From Candidatus Latescibacterota bacterium (GTDB lineage Bacteria > Latescibacterota > UBA2968), in NCBI GenBank assembly GCA_965198115.1, contig OZ240241.1, positions 6,656,001-6,720,000 on the forward strand: DNA of 64,000 nt. The letters run 5' to 3'. This document shows, one piece after another, positions 20,761 through 30,588 of this stretch (within the stretch, counting starts at the first letter, position 1; each line of letters starts with the position of its first letter). A model generated the notes under the pieces. The model saw only the letters and a program-made list of their open reading frames with translations, did not search any database and had not been told where the DNA came from. Both the position numbers and the translations under genes were made by a program.

Positions 20761-21835
20761 GTGTTGACGAATCCGCGGTCGCGTCCTGGCCATCTTGCGT
20801 CGTTCGAGGCGCCCGGAGGGGTTACTGCAAAGTGTCTGAAGCTGTCGGGCGGCGGGAGCGATTTGATTGCCGAACGGGATCCGAGTCAGGCTGTCTACCA
20901 CGTGCAGCTTCCGGCCGTCGAAGCGGGACAGACGCTGTCTTTCGATGTGGAGGAGAAGCCCAGTGTCGATGCCCGGTGGCATCACCGCGACCGAGGGGAA
21001 CGGCGAGGTCGAGATCGGTCTGGGGGGGTCTCCGCTGATGACGTTTCGCTACGGCGCTGACTATCCGAAGCCGGTGATCAATCCGATTTTGACACCGGGC
21101 GGCACGAATATGCTGCGCGAGCCGATGGCGGCCTGGTCCGAGGGTGAGCATCCCTGGCAGCGGGGTCTGACGCTGATGCAGGGAGCGATCAACGGGATCG
21201 ATTGCTGGAATGAGAAAACACCCGAAGAATTCGGGCGTACTGAACAGGATGCGATGTCGGTCGATCACGGGCCCCTTTCCTTGACGATCGCGTCCGAGAA
21301 TTCGTGGTATGTGGACGATCGAAAATTAATGACGGATTCCCGCTCCTATCGGCTGTTCGACACGGATCGGAATGCGGCGATCCTGGATATCGCGCTGACC
21401 CTCAAGGCGTCTGAAGGGGATGTGACGATCGGAGACACGAAGGAGGGCGGGTTTCTGTGTATTCGCGTGAACCCGACGATGAACGCGAACGACGGCGGGA
21501 CGATGCGCAACGCCTACGGCGCGTCCGACGAAACGGGGTGCTGGTCGCTCCCCTCACACTGGATGGACTACTTCGGACCCGTGGGCGGCGAGACGGCCGG
21601 TTTTGCGATTTTCGATCACCCGGGCAACTTCCGGTATCCGACGACGTGGCACGTCCGGGGTTACGGTCTGTTCGCACCGAACTGCTGGATGTTCAAACCC
21701 GACCATCATCTGACAACGGGCGAGGAGCTGACGTTCCGGTGGCGGGTGACGATACACTCGGGTGATACTGATCAGGCGGATATTGCGCCCCGCTTTCTCG
21801 ACTACGTCGATGGGTTGAGAGTGGAGAACGGGTAA
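20761..21835 (+). CDS. PmoA-like / DUF6807 family protein; frameshift ~20972; start uncertain
   Basis: KPVINP..TPGG, EHPWQRGL, GDTKEGG..IRV, WMDYFG, IFDHPGN, WHVRGYGLFAPN. Confidence 0.7.
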
Positions 21836-21860
21836 ACTCCATGATGTGCTGGACCGATTG

Positions 21861-21892
21861 AGGGGCGACCGGCCGGTCGCCCCTTTCTCTTT
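21861..21892 (+). terminator. Perfect 24-bp palindrome with T-rich tail (REP-like / terminator)
   Basis: AGGGGCGACCGGCCGGTCGCCCCT followed by TTCTCTTT. Confidence 0.7.
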
Positions 21893-22054
21893 TGTGTGCG
21901 AAATGGGCACCGACGGTGTCCGGCCTGTGGGGCACGAACTCAAGGTGTCTCGACTCGACCGGACGCGCGAGATCGGCCGATCGGTCCTTTGCTCGTCATT
22001 CGGCTCATTTGGAGGTAAATTACATTAGACAGTTGCTTTATGAAACTCAGGAGG

Positions 22055-22500
22055 ATGCCTGTGGATCATACAGTTCTTCTTGTGGATGACGAAGAAGGCG
22101 TGATCAACTCGCTTCGGAGGGTTTCCGCCAGGAGCCTTTACGACTGATCACGGCCACCGGGGGGCAAAAGCCGCTCTGGAGATGATCAACGAGGGTGAGC
22201 GTCCCTAGTGATCTCGGATCAGCAGTTGCCCGGTATGTCGGGTGCTGAATTCTCAGCACAGGTCCAACAGCTTCTGCCGATTCGATTCGCATCATCCTGA
22301 CCGGGCGTGGGGATCTGGATTCGGCCATTCGCGCAATCAATGAAGGGGAGATTTTACCGCTATCTCATCAAACCGTGGGATAACGACGAACCTACAAGGG
22401 TGTCGAGGTGACGATCGGGTCGAATGAACGCGAAATCCAGCGACTTCGGTCCGTCGAAGATTTTGGTGACGGACGGACAAATCGTGATCGAGTCGCCGTC
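22055..22500 (+). pseudogene. Degraded response-regulator receiver gene
   Basis: Fragments across frames: MPVDHTVLLVDDEEGVINSLRR / ISDQQLPGMSGAEF / IRIILTGRGDLDSAIRAINEGEI / RYLIKPWDNDE; several frameshifts. Confidence 0.8.
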
Positions 22501-22538
22501 GAACGAAGGGCCGGCCGAATGACCAGAGGAGACTTACC

Positions 22539-23768
22539 TTGGAAACCAAACCTGCAACCCTGCTGTTCGTAGATGACGAGCGCAACATCCTTCGATCGAT
22601 CCAACGAGCTCTGAGGCGGGAGCCCTACGAACTGCTGTTTGCGTCGAACGGATCGGCCGGTCTGGAGGTTCTGAAAAAGCAAAAAGTGGATCTCGTGGTG
22701 ACGGACATCCTGATGCCGGTGATGGACGGGATGGCATTCCTCAAACGCGTGCAGTCCGACTACCCGAAGACCATTCGATTAATTCTAACGGGCTATGCCG
22801 ATCGTGAATTCGTCCAGGAAGCACTCGCGAAGGAGTACGCACGCGAAGTCATTTCCAAGCCCTGGAACGAGGATGAGCTCAAGGAAACGATTCGGAGCGC
22901 GCTCGAGCAATCGGCAACGCAGATGGCGGTCACGCCGGGTTTGCAGACGCTCATCAACTCGATCACCAACCTTCCGGGCCTTCCCCAGGTCTACCTCGAG
23001 ATTCGCGACATTCTCGCCGAAGAAGAAGTGTCGGTCGACGACCTCGCTGCTGCGATCGAAAAGGGACCATCCATATCGGCGCGTTTGCTGCGATGGGCTA
23101 ACTCCTCGATTTTCGGCCAGAAGACAGAAGTGGAAACGGTGCACCGGGCAACCCTCGTGATGGGCCTGGATATGGTGAGCGGACTGGCCCTGTCTCAATC
23201 CGTGATGAACTCCCTTTCCTGTGACGAGCCGGAACTGGATAACTTCAACCGCGGGGAGTTCTGGCGACACGCGAACGCCTGCGGCGCTTGCGCACGCCTG
23301 TTGATGGAACGCCTGACCAGCGAGCGCGAACTGCTTGCGAACGCGCTGACGGCCGGGCTCCTTCACGATCTCGGAAAGCTCGTCGAAGATCGCTACCTGC
23401 GGGATTCCTTCGTCGCCGCCCTCGAGAACGCCATTCGGGAGGAGTCCTGCCTGATCGATGTCGAGAAGGACACGATCGGTGCGACACACGTCGAGATCGG
23501 GCATTACCTGGCAGAGTGGTGGTCTCTTCCCACCTATCTGGCCGAGGTCGTGCGCTGTCACCACCGACCGAAGGCGGTTCTTCAACACAGCGAGGATCTG
23601 ACCGCTGCGGTCCACGTTGCCAATGTCCTCGTTCAAGCCTTTGAGATTGGTCATAGCGGGAACGCAACCCTTCCCGAGCTCGAAACAGATTGCTGGGAGA
23701 GATTCGGTGTCGAAGAGGAAGAGCTGGACGGTCTCAAGCAAACTATCGAAGACGGACTCGTGAGCTGA
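22539..23768 (+). CDS. Response regulator with HDOD output domain
   Basis: LFVDDE..VTDILMP..KPW receiver; LPGLPQV, LLRWANS, FWRHA, AGLLHDLGK, THVEIG..WWSLP..HH. Confidence 0.92.
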   Translation: METKPATLLFVDDERNILRSIQRALRREPYELLFASNGSAGLEVLKKQKVDLVVTDILMPVMDGMAFLKRVQSDYPKTIRLILTGYADREFVQEALAKEYAREVISKPWNEDELKETIRSALEQSATQMAVTPGLQTLINSITNLPGLPQVYLEIRDILAEEEVSVDDLAAAIEKGPSISARLLRWANSSIFGQKTEVETVHRATLVMGLDMVSGLALSQSVMNSLSCDEPELDNFNRGEFWRHANACGACARLLMERLTSERELLANALTAGLLHDLGKLVEDRYLRDSFVAALENAIREESCLIDVEKDTIGATHVEIGHYLAEWWSLPTYLAEVVRCHHRPKAVLQHSEDLTAAVHVANVLVQAFEIGHSGNATLPELETDCWERFGVEEEELDGLKQTIEDGLVS

Positions 23769-23771
23769 ATT

Positions 23772-24788
23772 ATGAGCAGCGATCACAAGGAAAAGGACAT
23801 AGCTCAGCAGGTGGCCACCCTCACTGCCCGTGTTGAAGAACTCGAAGCAGAACGCGAGAAGCTGGCCCACGAGTTCATCCGAGGGACGGACGACGAGGGT
23901 CGCGTTCAGCGTATGCTCGTGTCTCAGTCCGATGAACTTCTTCAGGCCCACGAGCAGCTCAAGCAGAATCAGGCCCAGATCGTGCACAGCGAGAAGATGG
24001 CGGGGCTCGGGCAGCTCGCCGCCGGGATCGCCCACGAGATCAACAATCCGATCGGGTTCCTGACGAGCAATCTCAATACGCTCAACGACTACTGTGGCGT
24101 ATTCGAGCGCGTCCTGCGGGCCTACGGAGAAATGGCCACGGCAATCGAGGGCTCGAACCTCGAAGAGCTGAAGCGGCTACAAGGGGAGGTTCAAGCGCTG
24201 AAAGAGAGCGAGGAGCTCGATTACATCATCGATGACGTGAAGGATCTGCTTTCAGAGTCACTCGATGGGGCATCTCGCGTACGCGACATCGTGGTCAACC
24301 TTCGCAATTTTGCTCGGCTTGACGAATCGGATCTGAAAGAGACGAATATCAACGAATGCATCGAGCAGACGCTCCGCGTGGTGTGGAATGAGCTGAAATA
24401 CAAGTGCGAAATCGTACAAGAGCTGAGAGATCTGCCACCGATAGCGTGCTACCCCGGCCAGCTTAACCAGGTCTTCATGAACCTGCTCATCAATGCCGCG
24501 CAGGCAATAACCGAGAGAGGTGTCATCCACATCCAGACGCAAGTCGAGGGCGCGCTGATCGTGATCCGTGTTTCCGACACCGGAGAAGGGATCGAGCGGG
24601 AAAACTTATCGAAACTCTTCGATCCGTTCTTCACGACGAAATCGGTTGGGCAGGGCACGGGATTGGGTCTGTCGATCGTCCACGGAATCGTCGAGAACCA
24701 CCACGGAACCATCAATGTAGAAAGCGAGGTAGGCAAGGGCACGACGTTCACGATCCGCATCCCCGTCGAGGGACTAAAGCATGCGTGA
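23772..24788 (+). CDS. Cytoplasmic histidine kinase (NtrB-like)
   Basis: SEKMAGLGQLAAGIAHEINNP H-box; NLLINAAQA, DTGEGI, FDPFFTTK, GTGLGL; no TM. Confidence 0.93.
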   Translation: MSSDHKEKDIAQQVATLTARVEELEAEREKLAHEFIRGTDDEGRVQRMLVSQSDELLQAHEQLKQNQAQIVHSEKMAGLGQLAAGIAHEINNPIGFLTSNLNTLNDYCGVFERVLRAYGEMATAIEGSNLEELKRLQGEVQALKESEELDYIIDDVKDLLSESLDGASRVRDIVVNLRNFARLDESDLKETNINECIEQTLRVVWNELKYKCEIVQELRDLPPIACYPGQLNQVFMNLLINAAQAITERGVIHIQTQVEGALIVIRVSDTGEGIERENLSKLFDPFFTTKSVGQGTGLGLSIVHGIVENHHGTINVESEVGKGTTFTIRIPVEGLKHA

Positions 24789-25950
24789 CGACGCCGTTCT
24801 CTTCATCGACGACGAGGTTAATATTCAGCGAGCCTTCAAACGGGAGCTCCACGGAGAATCCTACGAGATCTTGACCGCCGACAGTGGGGAAGAAGGATTA
24901 CTCGTCCAGGCGGAGGCCGAGGTAGGGGTCGTCGTGTCGGACCACAAGATGCCGGGCATGACGGGGGTGGAATTCCTAGAAAAAGTTCGTCAGCAGTGGC
25001 CCAAGACCTTCCGCATTATGCTGACCGGGTATGGCGACATTGATACGATTTCATCGGCGATCAATGTGGGTGAAATCCATCGATTCCTTACGAAACCGTG
25101 GGATAGGAACACACTCAAGGCCGCGATCGACCAGGGTATCTCGCACGCCGCGCTGATCAAGGAGAACGATTTCCTGACGAGCGCCTTCGAGGAGCAGAAC
25201 TACAAGCTGACCAGCCTGACAGAGGATCTGGAGAAGCAAGTCGAGGAAAGAACGCGACAACTCCAGGACACGTATGCGCGTCTGGTGCGAAGCGAAAGAT
25301 CCCAGGCGATCGCGGATCTCGTGGAGGGTGTCTCGAGACAGGCCATGAATCCATTGACCGTGATCGGTGGACGAATCGATATGATTCGGATGAACACGAC
25401 GCTGTCAGTGGAGACGGTGCAAATGCTCGATGAAGCGCGTGAGAGCGTCGACCAGGTGATCAGTCTGCTCACGAGACTTCGTGACGTCACGACCGAACAA
25501 GAGTCCAATCGAACGGATCTCGACTTCAGCGCGTTGGTGAACGAGGTCTACCAACTCGAGTCCTCTTCACTCCGTGCCAAAAGTATAGATATGATGCTGG
25601 AACTGGAAGAGGGACTTCGCATTCGAGCCGATGAGAACCAGATAAGACAAGTTTTGCTCAGTATGATCAACAACGCGGTTGACGCGATGCCGGGGGGAGG
25701 CCGTGTCATTGTCGAAACACGGTCCATCGATCAGGATGGACACGCCTTCGCCGAAGTTCGGGTCACGGATACGGGTGTCGGCATACCGGAAGAAGATCGG
25801 CCCAAGATCTTCTCGCCGCTGTTCACGACGAAAGCCGAAGGAAGCGGCATGGGTCTGCCCATCTGCGTGGGTATCATCAAGAATCACGGCGGGACGATGG
25901 ATTTCACGTCTCGCGTAGGAGAAGGAACCACGTTCGTATTGCCGGCCTAA
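24781..25950 (+). CDS. Hybrid receiver plus kinase-like protein lacking the H-box His
   Basis: Intact receiver (IDDE, VSDHKMP, KPW); H-box reads GVSRQAMNPL; N/G1/F/G2 boxes present. Confidence 0.85.
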   Translation: MRDDAVLFIDDEVNIQRAFKRELHGESYEILTADSGEEGLLVQAEAEVGVVVSDHKMPGMTGVEFLEKVRQQWPKTFRIMLTGYGDIDTISSAINVGEIHRFLTKPWDRNTLKAAIDQGISHAALIKENDFLTSAFEEQNYKLTSLTEDLEKQVEERTRQLQDTYARLVRSERSQAIADLVEGVSRQAMNPLTVIGGRIDMIRMNTTLSVETVQMLDEARESVDQVISLLTRLRDVTTEQESNRTDLDFSALVNEVYQLESSSLRAKSIDMMLELEEGLRIRADENQIRQVLLSMINNAVDAMPGGGRVIVETRSIDQDGHAFAEVRVTDTGVGIPEEDRPKIFSPLFTTKAEGSGMGLPICVGIIKNHGGTMDFTSRVGEGTTFVLPA

Positions 25951-25998
25951 CCTCAACCGGTGGAGTGCGCAAAGCCGGTCGTTAAAATCAGGATCAAT

Positions 25999-26050
25999 CG
26001 GAAAGCGAAAGAGCGAAGCCTCCCTGCGGGCTTCGCTCTTTCGCTTTCCG
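25999..26050. terminator. Long bidirectional terminator hairpin
   Basis: 22-bp perfect inverted repeat CGGAAAGCGAAAGAGCGAAGCC / GGCTTCGCTCTTTCGCTTTCCG between convergent operons. Confidence 0.8.
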
Positions 26051-26068
26051 TGCCGACCTTATGTGGCC

Positions 26069-27055
26069 TTACGCGAGCGATTCCTTTACGGCGCCGATGA
26101 CATCGGCTTCGTTCGGGATGGTGGCGTCTTCCAGCGGTTTACTGAAGGGGACGGGCACATCCATCGCGCCGAGTCGGACGATGGGTGCGTCGAGATAGTC
26201 GAAGGCGCCTTCGTAGACGGCGCTCGCGAGTTCCGCGCCGACGCCGAAGCTCTTGCATCCCTCGTCGATGATGACGGCGTGACCCGTTTTGGACACGGAT
26301 TCGACGAGGCAGTCGCGGTCGAGCGGCACCATCGTTCGTGGATCGACGACTTCGCAGCTGATGCCCTCGTCCGCGAGCGTTTCCGCGGCGGCCAGAGCGA
26401 CGAGCACCATACTGGAAGTGGCGATCAGTGTAACGTCGCTGCCTTCGCGTTTGACGTCGGCGACGCCGAAGGGAATCGGATCGACGCTCTCGGGCGCCGA
26501 GCCCTTGACGGCGTACATCATTTTGTCCTCGAAGAAGAGGACGGGGTTGTCGTCGCGCACCGCCGTGGGGAGGAGGCCGAGAACGTCCTGAGGCGTCGAG
26601 GGTAGAGCGACCTTGAGTCCCGGAATGTGCGACGCCCACGCGTGCAGGCTCTGGGAGTGTTGGGCGGCCGATGAACGTCCGGCGCCCATCGTGGTCCGGA
26701 TCGTGAGCGGCACGGAAGCCTGCCCGCCCGACATATACCGGAGCTTCGCGGCCTGGTTGACGATCTGGTCCATTGCCAGAGCCATGAAGTCGCCGAACAT
26801 AATGTCGACGATGGGCCTCATCCCGGTCAGGGCCGCGCCGACACCGAGTCCGACGTAACCGGCCTCAGCGATCGGCGTGTCGATGACGCGTTCCGATCCG
26901 AATTCCTCGTGCAGGCCGAGAAGGATCTTGAAGACGCTGCCCGCGGCGCCGACGTCCTCGCCCATCAGGATGACGCGCTCGTCCCGCCGCATTTCCACGG
27001 CGATCGCCTCCTTGACCGCCTCTCCGTATGTGATCTCCCGTTCAGGCGTAGACAT
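26069..27055 (-). CDS. 2-oxoacid/acetoin dehydrogenase E1 beta subunit
   Basis: MGEDV, DTPIAEAG, DQIVNQAAK, AQHSQSL, EVVDPRT, AFDYLDAPI. Confidence 0.92.
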   Translation of the reverse strand: MSTPEREITYGEAVKEAIAVEMRRDERVILMGEDVGAAGSVFKILLGLHEEFGSERVIDTPIAEAGYVGLGVGAALTGMRPIVDIMFGDFMALAMDQIVNQAAKLRYMSGGQASVPLTIRTTMGAGRSSAAQHSQSLHAWASHIPGLKVALPSTPQDVLGLLPTAVRDDNPVLFFEDKMMYAVKGSAPESVDPIPFGVADVKREGSDVTLIATSSMVLVALAAAETLADEGISCEVVDPRTMVPLDRDCLVESVSKTGHAVIIDEGCKSFGVGAELASAVYEGAFDYLDAPIVRLGAMDVPVPFSKPLEDATIPNEADVIGAVKESLA

Positions 27056-27995
27056 GATGAGTCGCCTCCTCAGCATCGGGGTAGAGCGCGCCGGCGGCCG
27101 CTTCGACGGCGTCGGCGACTTCCTCCTGGACGGCCTCGTCGATCTCGTCCAGCGTGGTCTCAGCCAGCCCCTGGTCGATGAGGGCGCGGTGGAAGCGGGT
27201 GATGGGATCCTTTTCCTGCCAGGCCTGCCGCTCTTCCTCGGTGCGGTAGCCGTCGCCGGGGTCACCGACGTGGTGACCCCGATGGCGGTAGGTCGTGCAC
27301 TCCAGGAGCGACGGTCCCTTGCCTTCGCGGGCACGGCTGACGGCGGCCGCGGCGGCTTCGTAGACGGCGAGGACGTCGTTGCCGTCGATGACGCTGCTTG
27401 GGATGCCAAACGGCTTTGCCCGATCGGCGATGGTGTCGCCGGCTGTGACGGCATCCGTCGCCGTGTACTCGCCGTACTGGTTGTTTTCGCAGACGTAGAC
27501 GACGGGGAGGTCCCAGATAGCGGCGGTGTTCATGACCTCGAAGAAGATGCCCTGATTGGACGCGCCGTCGCCGAAGAAACAGACGGCGACCTGGTCCGTC
27601 TTCCGTAGCTTGGCGGACAGGGCCGCGCCGGTGGCTATGCCGAAGCCTCCGCCGACGATGCCGTTCGCGCCGAGGATGCCGAGCGACATATCGGCGATGT
27701 GCATCGAGCCGCCTTTGCCGCGGCAGTATCCGGTGACGCGTCCGAGCACTTCGGCCATCATCTGGTCGAGGTGACCTCCCTTCGCGACGCAGTGACCGTG
27801 GCCTCGGTGGGTGCTGGTGATGTAGTCGTCGTCGCGAAGCGCGGAGCAAACACCGACAGCGACGGCTTCCTCACCGATGTAGAGATGGGCGAGTCCGTGC
27901 ATCAACCCGCCGGTGTAGACTTCCCAGATCTGCTCTTCGAATCGTCGGATCCGGAGCATGTTTCGGTAGATGGTTTTTCTGGTTTCGTCATTCAT
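27042..27995 (-). CDS. 2-oxoacid/acetoin dehydrogenase E1 alpha subunit
   Basis: HLYIGEEA, STHRGHGH, GKGGSMH, FGDGASNQG..ENNQY TPP motif, TYRHRGH. Confidence 0.93.
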   Translation of the reverse strand: MNDETRKTIYRNMLRIRRFEEQIWEVYTGGLMHGLAHLYIGEEAVAVGVCSALRDDDYITSTHRGHGHCVAKGGHLDQMMAEVLGRVTGYCRGKGGSMHIADMSLGILGANGIVGGGFGIATGAALSAKLRKTDQVAVCFFGDGASNQGIFFEVMNTAAIWDLPVVYVCENNQYGEYTATDAVTAGDTIADRAKPFGIPSSVIDGNDVLAVYEAAAAAVSRAREGKGPSLLECTTYRHRGHHVGDPGDGYRTEEERQAWQEKDPITRFHRALIDQGLAETTLDEIDEAVQEEVADAVEAAAGALYPDAEEATHHVYA

Positions 27996-28030
27996 GAGCG
28001 CGCTTCTCCACGGTAACGGAAGCTCAGAGG

Positions 28031-28066
28031 TTGGGAACCACAAATGAACACAGATGAACACGAATG
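28031..28066. repeat. Nonamer repeat unit, left direct-repeat copy flanking ADH gene
   Basis: TTGGGAACCAC-AAA-TGAACACAGATGAACACGAATG. Confidence 0.65.
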
Positions 28067-28182
28067 GAGCAGCACGACGGACATCCAGACCTTATTCGGG
28101 GAAGACGCCGAGGTGACCCTTTGGGGTGTCGGCCTATGTTCGATGACGATGGTTTGATCAAGCGTCTTTGAGTCAGCCACAG

Positions 28183-29211
28183 TTAAGGTTTCAGGATCTG
28201 TTTGAGGCCGATTTTGGCCTCGGCGTGCTCGAAGGCGGTTTCCCAGGCGTCGAGCGTATGGGTGTGGCTGATGAACCGGGTCAGATCGACCTGTCCGCGC
28301 CGGACAGTGTCGATCGCGCTGTCCCACGAGGGCCAGTCGGCGCCGATCGAGCCCTGCACGCGAAGCTGTTTGTAGACGATTCTCCCCCAGTCGATCTCGA
28401 AAGGATGGTCGATGAGGGCAACCTGCGTGAAGTGACCGCAGTTGGCGACGGCCTGAAGACACTGGTCGACCGACCCTCGAGTGCCGCCACAATCGAACAC
28501 GACGTCCGCACCGTGTCCGTCGCTCATCTCGTTCACGAGATCGACGACGTCGGCTTTCTCGATGTTGACGGCTTCGTCTACGCCAAGGGCTCGTGCGCTG
28601 GCGAGACGGTCGCCATCGGCGCTCGTGCCGGCGACGACGACGCGGCTTCCCGCCTGGAGCGCCAACCACGCGCACATCAGTCCGATGGGTCCGGGACCGC
28701 AGATGAGCACGATGTGATCGGGCTTCAGATCTGTGTATCGACAGACAGCTTTGACGCAACAAGCGAACGGCTCGACGAGGGCGGCGGCTTCGAAGCTGAC
28801 GGTGGCCGGCAGCGTGAAGGTGAGGTGCCCGGGTACGACGAGATATTCTGCGAAGCCGCCGTCGAGACCGCTGCCGATCGATCGCCGCTCGGAACAAAAA
28901 AAGTAAGTGCCCTGGTGACAGAAACGACATCGTCCGCAGATGCCGTTCACGGTGGGGTTGATGGTTACGCGGTCGCCCCGGACGATGTGGGTGACGCCCG
29001 CTCCGAGGTCGACGATTTCCCCACCGATCTCGTGACCGAGGGTGACTGGCGGATGGAAACCGTAGCCCCCATCCCGTATGTGCATGTCGGTCCCGCACAG
29101 ACCGCCGGCGTGAACGCGGATGAGGACTTCACCTTCATCGGGAGTAGGTTCGGGAATGTCGCAGAGGGTGAGTTCACCCGGTGTCTCCGTCGTTTTGCGA
29201 AGGGCCTTCAT
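28183..29211 (-). CDS. Zinc-dependent alcohol/polyol dehydrogenase (MDR family)
   Basis: GLCGTD, LGHE, CGRCRFC..C, VEP, GPGPIG. Confidence 0.92.
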   Translation of the reverse strand: MKALRKTTETPGELTLCDIPEPTPDEGEVLIRVHAGGLCGTDMHIRDGGYGFHPPVTLGHEIGGEIVDLGAGVTHIVRGDRVTINPTVNGICGRCRFCHQGTYFFCSERRSIGSGLDGGFAEYLVVPGHLTFTLPATVSFEAAALVEPFACCVKAVCRYTDLKPDHIVLICGPGPIGLMCAWLALQAGSRVVVAGTSADGDRLASARALGVDEAVNIEKADVVDLVNEMSDGHGADVVFDCGGTRGSVDQCLQAVANCGHFTQVALIDHPFEIDWGRIVYKQLRVQGSIGADWPSWDSAIDTVRRGQVDLTRFISHTHTLDAWETAFEHAEAKIGLKQILKP

Positions 29212-29252
29212 TGGGTCAATGGCTCCTCGCTCGAGCTTGACTGTTGGAGAGA

Positions 29253-29312
29253 TTGGGAACCACCCCTCGACTCCGCTCGGGGCAGGCTCCTGAACACAGA
29301 TGGACACAGATG
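29253..29312. repeat. Right direct-repeat copy with nested REP-like element
   Basis: TTGGGAACCAC-[CCCTCGACTCCGCTCGGGGCAGGCTCC]-TGAACACAGATGGACACAGATG. Confidence 0.65.
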
Positions 29313-29424
29313 GGAAGTACCTCGAAGAGCGAGGTCCTAGTCGGGGACGTGCTCTGGAGTGGTGTCAGTATCCGCGGTGAGTTCACGTCGATAGTGATGC
29401 CCATTTCAATCCTGCACCGATCAC

Positions 29425-30588
29425 TTACTCGAAGGTGGTTGGGTCCTCGAGAGCGGTTTTGAGTGTCTGCAGATAGCGAGCGCCGATGAGGCCGTCGACG
29501 GCGCGGTGGTCGGCGGACAGGGTGAGGGTCATGATTCTCCGCAGCAGGAACCCCGTCGCATCTTCCGCGGATCGGACTTCGTTTCGTATGGCGCCGACGG
29601 CGAGGGCCGCTGTCTCGGGGGGATTGATGATGGCCGAGAATTCGCGAACCCCGAACATCCCGAGGTTCGATATCGTGAAGGTCGATCTGGCGCTGCCGGA
29701 CATTCTGCCCTGACGGGCCTCGGCGACGATTCGAGACCGGATGCTACGAATCTCGTCGAGTGTGAGGTCGTTTGCCAGTTCGATCACGGGTACCAGGAGC
29801 CCGCCATCGATGCCCACAGCCAGACCGATGTTGACCGAGCCGTGGTAGACGATTTCGTCTCCTTCCACGCTGGCGTTGAGGCCTTCGTATTGGGTCAGCG
29901 ACCGTGCGACGGCCTGGATGATCAGATCCGTGAGGGTCAAATCCGGACGGGTTTCGAGTTGGCCATTCCACCAGACCTCTGTTTCGGTGACGTCTATGTC
30001 GACGGTCAGGTAGAAGTGAGGGACGGTCTGCTTGGCCGCAACCATCGCCGCCCCGATGGCTTTCCTCGCGCGTGACAAGGATTCCCGACGTCCTTCTTTT
30101 ACATCGGGGGACGATGCGGCCACCTCGACGTCTTCCGCTTTGATGCGCCCACTAGGGCCCGTTCCAGTGACTGTCGCGAGGTCGACGCCCAGCTCCCGCG
30201 CACGTCTTCGGGCAGATGGGGAGGTTCTGACACCTGCTCCCGGAGCCGGTGACTGCGATGGCGCAGCCTGCTCTGCGTTCGTCTTCGTCGACGAGGGTAT
30301 CGTAGGCTGAGTTGGAACCGGCGAAGCGTCGATTTCGAACGGCTCGTCAGCCGTGTCGCTCACGATGGCGATGGTGGAGAGGACGGGTACGGTCTGACCG
30401 TCGTCGCACAGAATCTTTCGGAGATAACCGTCGGTGGGGGCTTCGAAGTCGAAGAGGGCCTTGTCGGTTTCGAGTTCGCACAGGATCTCGCCCTTTTCGA
30501 TGCGATCTCCTTCCTGCTTCCGCCACTGGACGAGGGTCCCTTCATCCTGCTGGAGCCCGTATTTGGGCATTTTGAGTTCTGTTACCAC
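29425..30588 (-). CDS. Dihydrolipoamide acyltransferase (E2)
   Basis: Lipoyl ETDKA, PSBD SPSARRRARELGVDL..GTGPSGRI, TISNLG, DHRAVDG. Confidence 0.93.
   Translation of the reverse strand: MVTELKMPKYGLQQDEGTLVQWRKQEGDRIEKGEILCELETDKALFDFEAPTDGYLRKILCDDGQTVPVLSTIAIVSDTADEPFEIDASPVPTQPTIPSSTKTNAEQAAPSQSPAPGAGVRTSPSARRRARELGVDLATVTGTGPSGRIKAEDVEVAASSPDVKEGRRESLSRARKAIGAAMVAAKQTVPHFYLTVDIDVTETEVWWNGQLETRPDLTLTDLIIQAVARSLTQYEGLNASVEGDEIVYHGSVNIGLAVGIDGGLLVPVIELANDLTLDEIRSIRSRIVAEARQGRMSGSARSTFTISNLGMFGVREFSAIINPPETAALAVGAIRNEVRSAEDATGFLLRRIMTLTLSADHRAVDGLIGARYLQTLKTALEDPTTFE

Noticed and set aside
20761-21835. Particulate methane monooxygenase
   Set aside because: The PmoA-like family label is a misnomer here: soluble protein, no TM helices, no pmoB/pmoC
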